Source of the DNA: a bacterium
GTDB lineage: Bacteria > Patescibacteriota > Minisyncoccia > JAHIHE01
DNA length: 64,000 nucleotides
Assembly: GCA_030693205.1 (NCBI GenBank)
Contig: JAUYBG010000006.1
Coordinates: 4,015 to 68,014 of the forward strand
Direction: 5' to 3'
In this document: positions 56,485 through 64,000 of the stretch, piece after piece
Layout: every line of letters starts with the position of its first letter
Position numbering within the stretch: position 1 is the stretch's first letter
Translations under genes and position numbers: made by a program
The notes under the pieces: generated by a model
Database searches by the model: none
What the model was told of the DNA's origin: nothing
Seen by the model: the letters and a program-made list of their open reading frames with translations, nothing else

Positions 56485-57564
56485 TTAGACTTTAAAATTA
56501 AACTCCAGCCTTTTAAATACTTCTTCAACTTCATCTATATTCTCCGCTCTAAAAATATTCCTGCTTTCAATATCCTCTATTTTACCATTTGTTTTCTTTC
56601 CTGTCAGCAACACTACGACTTTCTTGCCTTTCACTTTTTCTCTAAGTTTTATCGCGCCGGCAAAACCGGCCGCGCTTTCATAGCCTGTTTCAATATTATT
56701 TTTTTCTAAAATTTTACTTGCTTCCGTAATATCGACATCAGCCACTACCGCTCCTCCGCCGGCGGAATTTTTAATCACCATCAAAATATTTACTAATTTT
56801 TCTTCCGGAATATTTTTTGCCACGATCCCGCGCGCCAAACTTTCATTTCCGCCTATAAATTTTTTGTCAAAATGCCCGGCGATCGGATGAACTTTGGCGG
56901 TCTGCACCACGTATATGGCAGGAATTTTTTTAATCTCTCCGGATTGCGCCAAATCATCAAAGGCTTCAGCAATAGCAATTACCGTGCTGGCGCTGGAAGT
57001 AGGAATAAAAATCGCATCAATCTCGCCGCAGTGTTCAAAAATCTCAAAAGCGATTGATTTTAATCCGTAATAAGATTTTTCATCCGCGCCTGGCCGGAGA
57101 TTCCTGATTTTAAACTTTTTAGAAGCCAGATCCGCCAAAGTGAGCGCGTGTTTGGAAATTATTATTTTTGCGCCGCACCCCGCCATTTTAATTAATTTTT
57201 CTTTATCGATCTTGGGCGAAACAAATATAAAAAGTTTTATGCCGGCTAGCTGGCAATAAGCCGCAGCGGATACTGCCGCGTTGCCGGAAGAAGAAATGAT
57301 CAATACTTTTTCTCCGTTCTCTTTGGCGCGTGAAACTTGATAAGCAAGCAATCTGTCTTTGTGTGAACCATTGGGATTAAGATCTTCACGCTTAAAAATC
57401 AGCTCTTTAAAACCTAGCTCTTTGGCAATATTCGGCATACTGATCTCCGGCGTATTTCCCTCATTCAAAGTCAGCCGATTTTCTTTTTTGATCATCGGAT
57501 AAAAACCAGCGTAACGCCAGACATTTTTTAACTCAGAATTAATTTTTGATCGAAAAATTGACAT
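56485..57564 (-). CDS. Fold-type II PLP enzyme (threonine synthase-like)
   Basis: LNEGNTP, KREDLNPNGSHKDR (Schiff-base Lys), SSSGNA, ESAAG, VLLTG. Confidence 0.85.
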   Translation of the reverse strand: MSIFRSKINSELKNVWRYAGFYPMIKKENRLTLNEGNTPEISMPNIAKELGFKELIFKREDLNPNGSHKDRLLAYQVSRAKENGEKVLIISSSGNAAVSAAAYCQLAGIKLFIFVSPKIDKEKLIKMAGCGAKIIISKHALTLADLASKKFKIRNLRPGADEKSYYGLKSIAFEIFEHCGEIDAIFIPTSSASTVIAIAEAFDDLAQSGEIKKIPAIYVVQTAKVHPIAGHFDKKFIGGNESLARGIVAKNIPEEKLVNILMVIKNSAGGGAVVADVDITEASKILEKNNIETGYESAAGFAGAIKLREKVKGKKVVVLLTGKKTNGKIEDIESRNIFRAENIDEVEEVFKRLEFNFKV

Positions 57565-57608
57565 TTTAAAATTTTATGTTAAAGTTAAAGAAAAATAGGA
57601 GGTAAAAA

Positions 57609-57821
57609 ATGGGTGACTTAATCGATCTTTTAAAAATGTTTTCCGCGCCGACTATTGTTCCGGTATTGATAATGTTAGCGCTTGTAAAGATCCATATTGC
57701 ACTTTTTGGCACAGCTGCACTTTTTAATCCGCTATCGCAAGTAATCATTGTCATAATTGCTTGTATAGCAATATTAACAGTTTGGAAATACATGTTAAAA
57801 GATGTAGATATGAGCTTATAG
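57609..57821 (+). CDS. Small two-TM hypothetical protein
   Basis: aggaggt SD-like sequence upstream, two hydrophobic helices and a downstream terminator. Confidence 0.55.
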   Translation: MGDLIDLLKMFSAPTIVPVLIMLALVKIHIALFGTAALFNPLSQVIIVIIACIAILTVWKYMLKDVDMSL

Positions 57822-57843
57822 GACTCGCTTGGGTCCTTTTTTT
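57820..57843 (+). terminator. Intrinsic terminator
   Basis: aggactc-gctt-gggtcct followed by a T run. Confidence 0.6.
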
Positions 57844-57909
57844 ATTTGACTCAAAAGCTGATTTTAGATATTATAATACTAGAATTTTAACATTTTAACA
57901 TGTAAATAT

Positions 57910-58065
57910 ATGTCTTCACAATGCGATGTTTGTAAAAAAGATATTTTAGCCGATGATTTTCCTAATATCACCATCGGAGATGTTATCAGCTGCCCTCACT
58001 GCGGGTGCGAACTGGAAGTGATAAGCATCGAACCTCTGGAAGTGCAAGCGCTGGAAGAAAAATGA
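57910..58065 (+). CDS. LysW-like zinc-ribbon (amino-group carrier-like) protein, 51 aa (absent from the ORF track)
   Basis: Manual translation MSSQCDVCKKDILADDFPNITIGDVISCPHCGCELEVISIEPLEVQALEEK*. Matches LysW CxxC...G(D/E)(V/I)xxCPxCGxELEVxSxxP but lacks the terminal EDWGE. Promoter TTGACT-17-TATTAT at 57846-57874. Confidence 0.8.
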   Translation: MSSQCDVCKKDILADDFPNITIGDVISCPHCGCELEVISIEPLEVQALEEK

Positions 58066-58071
58066 CCTTTG

Positions 58072-58178
58072 GTCATCCCGAATTTATTTCGGGATCTTTA
58101 ATGCTTGTTTCTATTTTCATAGATTCTATTGTGCAATATAGTAGTTCCTATAGATCCTGAAACAAGTTCAGGATGACA
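58072..58178. repeat. GTCAT...ATGAC palindromic element overlapping the murD stop
   Basis: gtcatcccgaatttatttcgggatct...agatcctgaaacaagttcaggatgaca; same family as 31826-31902. Confidence 0.85.
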
Positions 58179-59667
58179 GATTAAACTTTTCCACAATTAA
58201 ATTCCTTATCGGTTTTTTAAGAATATCAATGTACCTCGCTTGAAAATGCGCCGAGGCAGGCGAAATTAATACAATATCGCCTGTTTTTATTTGCTCTTTT
58301 AATAGATCCAGCGCCTCTAAAAAATCATTATATTCAAAAAGTTTCATTTTTTGACATTCGGCGTTTATAATTTGGTTTTTAATAATATCACTTCCTGTTC
58401 CCGGCAATAAAATCAAGATATCCACCTTGCCGACAATCTCTTCCGTCATCCCTGCATAATCCATCCCTTTATCGTCCCCGCCCATAATTAAAATCATTCT
58501 TGACTCTTGGCTCTTGATCCTTAACTCATTCAGCGCTTTTATCGCCACGATCGTAGAATCAGGGTTGGTAGAAGCCAGATCATCATAAAATTTTACCCCA
58601 TTATATTCACCGATAAATTCGATTCGATGCGGAAGGCCTTGAAAATCCTGAATTGTTTTTTTTATTTCTTCCGGCTCCGCGCCCGCCAAAGAACCAACCA
58701 ATGCTGCGGCTAAAACATTCTCTATATTATGTTCACCTAGAAGCTTAATATCCCTCAAATCGCAAATCTCTTTTTTATCACTTTTAATTTTTACAAAAAT
58801 TTTTCCGTTTTCCACGCAAGCTCCGCTTTTAACTTCACTTTTTCTGCTGAAGAAAAAAACTTTTATGCCTCGCGTAATCAATTCTTCGCCAATTTTTTTT
58901 GTAATTTCATTATCATAATTCAAGACTGCGACATTATCTTTTTTCGTATATTGAAAAAGGCTTTTTTTAACCGCAATGTATTTCTCAAAGCTGCCATGCT
59001 CATCAATATGATCAGGCGAAATATTGGTAATTATTCCGATATCAGGGCTTCTGCCCAAATCAATCGTTAGCTGGCGATTGCTTGTTTCCAATACTAAAAT
59101 ATTGTCTTTCCCCATTTTTGAAACCTTATCCGGCTCTTGCGCGCTTCGCCGGTCATTGCCCGCCAAATACACATTTTTCTTTTTGCCGGATTTTAATAAA
59201 ATTTCATAGATCAACCGCGAGGTAGTGCCCTTGCCTTTTGTGCCGGTAACAGAAATTATTTTTCCCTTAGCCATCTCAAAATATAATTTAGTCAGACTAG
59301 AAAATTCAATGCTTTTTTTCTTCGCATCTTCGAGTCCGGGGAAATTGGGTTTGTACAAATACCAAGATGACGGCACAAAAACAATATCCGCGCTATCCAC
59401 ACCTTCAAGATATTTATCCTTAAGTTTTAATTTTATCGGCAATTGTAAAAAATTTTCAAACGCTTTAATTTTTTCTTTTCCTTTCAGCCACAAATGCGTC
59501 TTAAAAAAATTATTTTTAAATTCTTCCTGATCCCGAGAAAAATCATGCGCCGTAATGCTTTTAATCCCGTTTTTAATGAAAAATTCCAAAACCGCGCTTC
59601 CTTCCGTTCCCGAAACGCCGACAATATGAATATTCTTGGTTTTAATTTTTTCTAAAAATTTATTCAC
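58168..59667 (-). CDS. murD: MurD-family ligase, divergent
   Basis: SVTGTKGKGTT, LAGN, ETSNRQL, NISPDHIDEH, GEHNIEN, GLPHRIE, DDLASTN, GGDDKG, ISPASAHF; dcw position between mraY and ftsW. Confidence 0.8.
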   Translation of the reverse strand: MNKFLEKIKTKNIHIVGVSGTEGSAVLEFFIKNGIKSITAHDFSRDQEEFKNNFFKTHLWLKGKEKIKAFENFLQLPIKLKLKDKYLEGVDSADIVFVPSSWYLYKPNFPGLEDAKKKSIEFSSLTKLYFEMAKGKIISVTGTKGKGTTSRLIYEILLKSGKKKNVYLAGNDRRSAQEPDKVSKMGKDNILVLETSNRQLTIDLGRSPDIGIITNISPDHIDEHGSFEKYIAVKKSLFQYTKKDNVAVLNYDNEITKKIGEELITRGIKVFFFSRKSEVKSGACVENGKIFVKIKSDKKEICDLRDIKLLGEHNIENVLAAALVGSLAGAEPEEIKKTIQDFQGLPHRIEFIGEYNGVKFYDDLASTNPDSTIVAIKALNELRIKSQESRMILIMGGDDKGMDYAGMTEEIVGKVDILILLPGTGSDIIKNQIINAECQKMKLFEYNDFLEALDLLKEQIKTGDIVLISPASAHFQARYIDILKKPIRNLIVEKFNLSS

Positions 59668-59686
59668 GTTTTTTCTTTAAAAGATT

Positions 59687-60223
59687 TTATGCAATAAAAC
59701 TTCCGATCGCTTTGGCAATATCCTCGCCATTCTTATCCACTGCTATTTTAAACCATACCGTATAATTTCCGGAATTTTCTGAAATATCTTTTTTTAATTC
59801 GTCGAAATTGATCCATTTCCAGTCATCAGCCTCTTCCGGATTAATGCGCGGCTCGCCATCGAATCTTCCAATAAAAACATGATCAAATTCATGTTCCCAA
59901 AGCCCATGATCAAGCTTTGCCTTATAAATAAAACTAAAAATTTCTTTCATCTCGCAATCAAAGCCCATTTCTTCCTGAAGCCGCCGATGCACTGCCTCTT
60001 CAAATCTCTCTCCGCTTCCCGGGTGACTGCAACACGTATTGGTCCAAAGCCCGCCGGAATGGTATTTTGATCTGGCGCGTTGCTGCAACATCAATTCTCC
60101 TTTGGAATTAAAAATAAAAATTGAAAATGCGCGATGAAGCTTTCCTTCCTGGTGCACTTTTAATTTTTCTCCCAAACCTATCTCTTTATCGTTTTTGTCG
60201 ACAAGTATGATTTTTTCTTCCAT
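59687..60223 (-). CDS. idi: Isopentenyl-diphosphate delta-isomerase type 1
   Basis: LHRAFSIF, LQQR, WTNTCCSHP, RRLQEEMG, EHEFDHV, YTVW. Confidence 0.95.
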   Translation of the reverse strand: MEEKIILVDKNDKEIGLGEKLKVHQEGKLHRAFSIFIFNSKGELMLQQRARSKYHSGGLWTNTCCSHPGSGERFEEAVHRRLQEEMGFDCEMKEIFSFIYKAKLDHGLWEHEFDHVFIGRFDGEPRINPEEADDWKWINFDELKKDISENSGNYTVWFKIAVDKNGEDIAKAIGSFIA

Positions 60224-60249
60224 AATATTTTATTTATCGGAATCGCGTT

Positions 60250-60966
60250 TCACAACAATGCTACATCGTTGATTATCAGATCAAAATCATAACCTAAATA
60301 TTCAGCCGCACTGCGACAGTATGTCATTCGACCAGTAAATATTTCAAAATACTCGATTATGGGCACAAATTTCGTATCGATCTTAATGGTTAAAATTATT
60401 TTTTTCTTATCTTTGCTGACTTTTAAATGCGCTTCCGTGGTGGCGTAATTGACCCTATCATGAATGTCTTCCTTGATCTCGTCCAAATTTTTGGAAAAAA
60501 CTCTTTTTCTCGACACGTCGGATTTATCGGCCAGAACGACAATCGCTGAAATAATATTGGTAAAACGCATTTCTTCTTTGTCATGATTGGCAATCGCCTG
60601 CATTACCCGCGTTAAATCCTCCGGAGAAAGATCGGTGGAAAAAAACTGACTGAATAAAAGCGCCCCCCAATAATGATGGCTCGTTCTTCCGACAAAATTT
60701 CCAATATCATGGCAATAGCCGGCGATGGCGGCAAGCTCCATATCTTTTAATCCTAATCCCATATCTTGGGCAATATTGCGGGCTCGATCGGAAACCAACG
60801 TCGCGTGCCGCAAGCCGTGCTCGGTATACGAAAGCGCCTTTAAAGAAGCTTCTGACTGCTTGATAAATTCCAAAACCATCGGATGGCTTTTGATTTTTGC
60901 CAACAAATTAAAATTCGCTAAATTATTTTCCGGCCTATCCGATCCTAAATTTATTTTTTTTATCAT
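60250..60966 (-). CDS. HD-domain phosphohydrolase
   Basis: YTEHGLRH, HDIGN, IANHD, LADKSDV, DIHDRVNYA. Confidence 0.88.
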   Translation of the reverse strand: MIKKINLGSDRPENNLANFNLLAKIKSHPMVLEFIKQSEASLKALSYTEHGLRHATLVSDRARNIAQDMGLGLKDMELAAIAGYCHDIGNFVGRTSHHYWGALLFSQFFSTDLSPEDLTRVMQAIANHDKEEMRFTNIISAIVVLADKSDVSRKRVFSKNLDEIKEDIHDRVNYATTEAHLKVSKDKKKIILTIKIDTKFVPIIEYFEIFTGRMTYCRSAAEYLGYDFDLIINDVALL

Positions 60967-60991
60967 TTTTGTTCCTTTCTTATTATTGAAT

Positions 60992-61990
60992 TTATTTTTT
61001 AATTAAAACCTGTTTAATTATTCTTCGGACAGAAATCAAATTATAAAACTTTAAAATATCGGGCAAATCTTCGATCGCGACTCCTCCGATTTCCCGCCGG
61101 GCATTTAGAATTAAAATGCTGTTAGAAGTCTGGCGTTTGGCTTTTGGCGTTTTGAATTTTTCCACAACTATGCCGATGTGCGCAACTTTTGTCGCCTTGC
61201 GGCGCAAAAACACCAGATCGCCGAAGTGCGCCGCGCTCAGCTCGATTTTTTCGCCGCAAAGCGCTTGATCGCTGGAATGTCGCGGCAAAAGAATTCCAAA
61301 AATATCCGAATAAAATTTCTGCGTCAATCCCGAGCAGTCAATGCTTTGTCCGGTCATACCTCCCAATAAATACTGAGCATTCAAATATTTTTCCAAAAAA
61401 CGAAGGAACTTGCTCTGAATATTTTTTGCCAAACGCTTTCTGACCACCTCGCCCGCCCTTACCCTTTTTGTTTTTATCCATTCTTTCTTTATTATTTCCC
61501 ACTTGCTAAGTGCTATCCGGGAAGAATCCACCCAGCCGATCGTCAGATCGCGAGTTTGCGCCAGATACCAAATACCTTCTTTGAGTAATATTCTCACAAA
61601 ATCACCTTTCATCGCCTGGCTAGCCAACCCGCCTAGACTCGATTTATTCGAGGCTGGTGATTCTCCGGTTGTATTTTTTTTATCTGACAATTTTACCCGC
61701 ATATCGGCAACATCGGCCGTAATTATACCCCATCCGATTTCCAAATCATCTTTCGGATCGCTTAAAACCCTGATGCTGTTCTTAACTCTATTGTTTTTTA
61801 TGATTTCTTTTACGGTTACAAAAACTTCATTTTTCTGTTTCTCTGACAAAACCGCGCCCTCGAGAATAATAAAATCGTTAAAACTTTTTACTTTTACGTC
61901 AAAAAATACCGCGCCGTACTTTTTTTTATAGCGTGACTTAATATTTTTTATTTTTTTTTCCACCGATGATATCAAGATGCTTTTTATCAT
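60992..61990 (-). CDS. NlpC/P60 (C40) peptidase with BON-like and SH3-like N-terminal domains, no signal peptide
   Basis: YLLGG...IDCSGLT, LPRHSSDQ, GDLVF, HIGI; resembles YkfC-type gamma-D-Glu endopeptidases. Confidence 0.82.
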   Translation of the reverse strand: MIKSILISSVEKKIKNIKSRYKKKYGAVFFDVKVKSFNDFIILEGAVLSEKQKNEVFVTVKEIIKNNRVKNSIRVLSDPKDDLEIGWGIITADVADMRVKLSDKKNTTGESPASNKSSLGGLASQAMKGDFVRILLKEGIWYLAQTRDLTIGWVDSSRIALSKWEIIKKEWIKTKRVRAGEVVRKRLAKNIQSKFLRFLEKYLNAQYLLGGMTGQSIDCSGLTQKFYSDIFGILLPRHSSDQALCGEKIELSAAHFGDLVFLRRKATKVAHIGIVVEKFKTPKAKRQTSNSILILNARREIGGVAIEDLPDILKFYNLISVRRIIKQVLIKK

Positions 61991-62012
61991 TTTTTGTTTC
62001 TTAAATTAAAAA

Positions 62013-63056
62013 CTACCTTGCCACTGTCGCAATGATCAATCCTACCGCCGCGGCCATTCCGGAAATTATCCAAAATCGCATCGTTACTTTTGTTTCAGGC
62101 CAGCCCAAAGCTTCAAAATGATGATGGATCGGCGTACTCAAGAATATTTTCCTGCCCCAATATTTTTTTGAGATCGTCTGAATAATTACCGACCCGGACT
62201 CGATCACCAAAATGATCGCGATGATCGGCAATATAAAAACCGTATCAGTAAGCATTGCGATTATTCCGAGAGTTGTTCCCAGCGCCATCGAACCGGTATC
62301 GGTCATAAAAAACATCGCCGGATAAATATTATACCAGACAAAAGCAAGCAGCGTGCCCAAGATCGCCGCGATAAAAATAGTCAGTTCGATATTCCCTTGC
62401 ATAAAAGCGATCATCGCATAAGCGCCGAATGATGTCAAAGCTACGCCTCCGGCCAAACCATCAAGCCCGTCAGTTTCATTTAGAGAAAAAGATGTCGCTA
62501 CCACTACCAAAATAAAAAGCGGAATATACCATAAACCCAAATACACCTCGCCCAATCCGGGAATACTGATCGCGTTCCATTCAAGCTTATAGTAAAGCCA
62601 CCATGCTCCGCCGACAGCAACCAGCGTATAAAGCAATAGCCTGATCTTCACGCTTAACCCTCCGCCATTCGGACCGATCTTAAAAATATTCAGAATATCG
62701 TCAAGCGCCCCGATAATTCCGGCGATAACCATTGCGCCGATCGGAAGCCATGTCTTCTCACGGCTTAAAAAATTCAATCGATCGAATATTGAGTCCGAAA
62801 AAATATGCGCTAAAAAAGCAAAACCTAGGGCGAGCGCCAAGACCGGCACCCAGATTATCAGACCGCCCATTGTCGGAGTGCCTGTTTTTTTTTGATGAAG
62901 CGCGGTAAAAACCGGCGTATTGCCCTCGGCGCGAATACTTTTGCCTAATTTATGGCGAATTAAAAACCTGATAAATGCCGGCGTGATCGCCCAAGCGGCA
63001 ATAAACGCAATTATAAAAACGATTAAAACTCCGATTATTTCTCGCGAATAAAACAT
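62013..63056 (-). CDS. mraY: Phospho-N-acetylmuramoyl-pentapeptide transferase (likely start 63056)
   Basis: KKTGTPTMGG, IGALDD, NETDGLDGLA, NIYPA.FFM.DTGS, PIHHHFE.LGWPE. Confidence 0.96.
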   Translation of the reverse strand: MFYSREIIGVLIVFIIAFIAAWAITPAFIRFLIRHKLGKSIRAEGNTPVFTALHQKKTGTPTMGGLIIWVPVLALALGFAFLAHIFSDSIFDRLNFLSREKTWLPIGAMVIAGIIGALDDILNIFKIGPNGGGLSVKIRLLLYTLVAVGGAWWLYYKLEWNAISIPGLGEVYLGLWYIPLFILVVVATSFSLNETDGLDGLAGGVALTSFGAYAMIAFMQGNIELTIFIAAILGTLLAFVWYNIYPAMFFMTDTGSMALGTTLGIIAMLTDTVFILPIIAIILVIESGSVIIQTISKKYWGRKIFLSTPIHHHFEALGWPETKVTMRFWIISGMAAAVGLIIATVAR

Positions 63057-63084
63057 AAGTTTAATTTTCAATTTTTAATTATTT

Positions 63085-63999
63085 TTATTTCCATTCATAA
63101 GAATCCCAGATCCATTTTACCAATTTTTCCATTTCCGAGAATCTGCCATTAGCGCCGATCACCACAGCCACTATTCGATGCTGACGCGTTGAATCTTCGA
63201 CTACCAAAAGCAAGCTCTCTCCCGCCTCATCCGTATATCCTGTTTTTCCGCCGATTATTCCGGGCAAATTCCCCAAAAGTTTATTGGTATTTTTTATAAA
63301 ATGATCGTTCTTGCCGTCAGCTGATCTTATATTTATCTTATCAATTATGGTTATGCTAAAAATTTCCGGATAGTCATTGAGAAGGCCTCTTGATAACGTC
63401 ACGACATCTTTCGCCGTAGAATAATTATCTCTTTCATCAACGCCATCAGGATTGGTAAAATGAGTGCCGGTCAATCCCTCTTTTTCCGCGAAATTATTCA
63501 TTAATCCGACGAAGTAACGGATTCCTTGCTCTTTTGAATTATTTTTTTTCGTAATATCTTCCGCGATCGCGCGGGCGGCGCCATTGCTTGAAGCGATAAG
63601 CATTATTTTTAAAAGATCGCCGACTTTTATTTTTTCGCCAATTAATAAATAACCGCTGTCTCCTTCAGCCCCAAGCGCTGTTTTGCTTATCTCCACGATC
63701 TCACTAAAATTATAATTCCCTGCCTTAATTATCAAATTAGAATTCTCGGTTTTAATAAAATCCAGCATAGCGCTGGCCGTCGCAAGCTTGGTAAGGCTGG
63801 CGATCTTAACTTTTTGCTCCGCGTCTTTTTCATAAAGCGTCTGGCCGCTAAAATCATCAACCGCCAAAACCGATTTGGCATTAATTAAAATATCATTTTT
63901 CCCCTCTTTTCTAACCGGCACTAAAATTTTCTCAAACGGCAAAACATAATTTTGACGCAAAAAAAATGTATTTTTCCCGGTTTCCGGCCATTTTGGCGC
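63085..63999 (-). CDS. D-alanyl-D-alanine carboxypeptidase (S11); 5' end lies outside the window
   Basis: IASLTKL (SxxK), SSN (SxN), FTNPDG, GGKTGYT; frame is open to the window edge. Confidence 0.9.
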   Translation of the reverse strand, partial: APKWPETGKNTFFLRQNYVLPFEKILVPVRKEGKNDILINAKSVLAVDDFSGQTLYEKDAEQKVKIASLTKLATASAMLDFIKTENSNLIIKAGNYNFSEIVEISKTALGAEGDSGYLLIGEKIKVGDLLKIMLIASSNGAARAIAEDITKKNNSKEQGIRYFVGLMNNFAEKEGLTGTHFTNPDGVDERDNYSTAKDVVTLSRGLLNDYPEIFSITIIDKINIRSADGKNDHFIKNTNKLLGNLPGIIGGKTGYTDEAGESLLLVVEDSTRQHRIVAVVIGANGRFSEMEKLVKWIWDSYEWK

Positions 64000-64000
64000 A

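Noticed and set aside
57566-57793. Minus-strand 75-aa ORF as the real gene
   Set aside because: The overlapping plus-strand ORF has an SD-like site, two clear TM helices and a terminator, so it is preferred, though neither is certain.
449-61931. Many 60-200 aa ORFs antisense to or nested within core genes (e.g. 12709-13203, 33560-34111, 40987-41592)
   Set aside because: They are shadow frames of well-supported genes with no recognisable motifs.
1-64000. Alternative genetic code (UGA = Gly, as in Gracilibacteria/Absconditabacteria)
   Set aside because: TGA ends full-length genes such as lysS (5984) and the ATP-grasp gene (54396), and core genes are uninterrupted in code 11.
1-64000. tRNA, rRNA or tmRNA genes
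   Set aside because: No cloverleaf with T-loop and CCA and no rRNA signature was recognised in any intergenic gap; tRNAscan-SE or Infernal would confirm.

Overview
64 kb of a low-GC, gene-dense bacterial chromosome using genetic code 11. Gene content and order point to Patescibacteria/CPR, probably Parcubacteria (inference): short ProRS and AlaRS, two mreB paralogs, a giant Fn3 surface protein and AT-rich leaders. Core blocks are gatC, lysS-greA, mreBCD-mrdA, proS-rseP-frr, holB, the alpha operon (infA-rpmJ-rpsMKD-rpoA-rplQ-rplM-rpsI), alaS, mnmA and a dcw cluster. Three things stand out. (1) Between mraY and ftsW the dcw cluster carries a module made of a cytoplasmic NlpC/P60 peptidase, an HD protein, Idi, a MurD with altered substrate motifs, an unannotated 51-aa LysW-like zinc-ribbon protein, a fold-type II PLP enzyme, a small membrane exporter and an ATP-grasp ligase coupled to ftsW. 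This is a candidate undescribed peptidoglycan precursor remodelling or salvage pathway. (2) A ~9.8-kb defence island (19348-29169) with no integrase is built from nested direct repeats and microhomology-fused gene stumps. In it a PabI-type restriction glycosylase cassette sits between the remnant N- and C-termini of a deleted type IIG R-M gene. (3) Several families of small palindromic or 7-bp-period elements occur between genes and also in frame inside essential genes (murC, mnmA, murD, murB, glycosyltransferases, NlpC/P60). I saw no rRNA, tRNA, CRISPR array, integrase, transposase or reverse transcriptase. All functional calls come from motif recognition by eye, without database searches.
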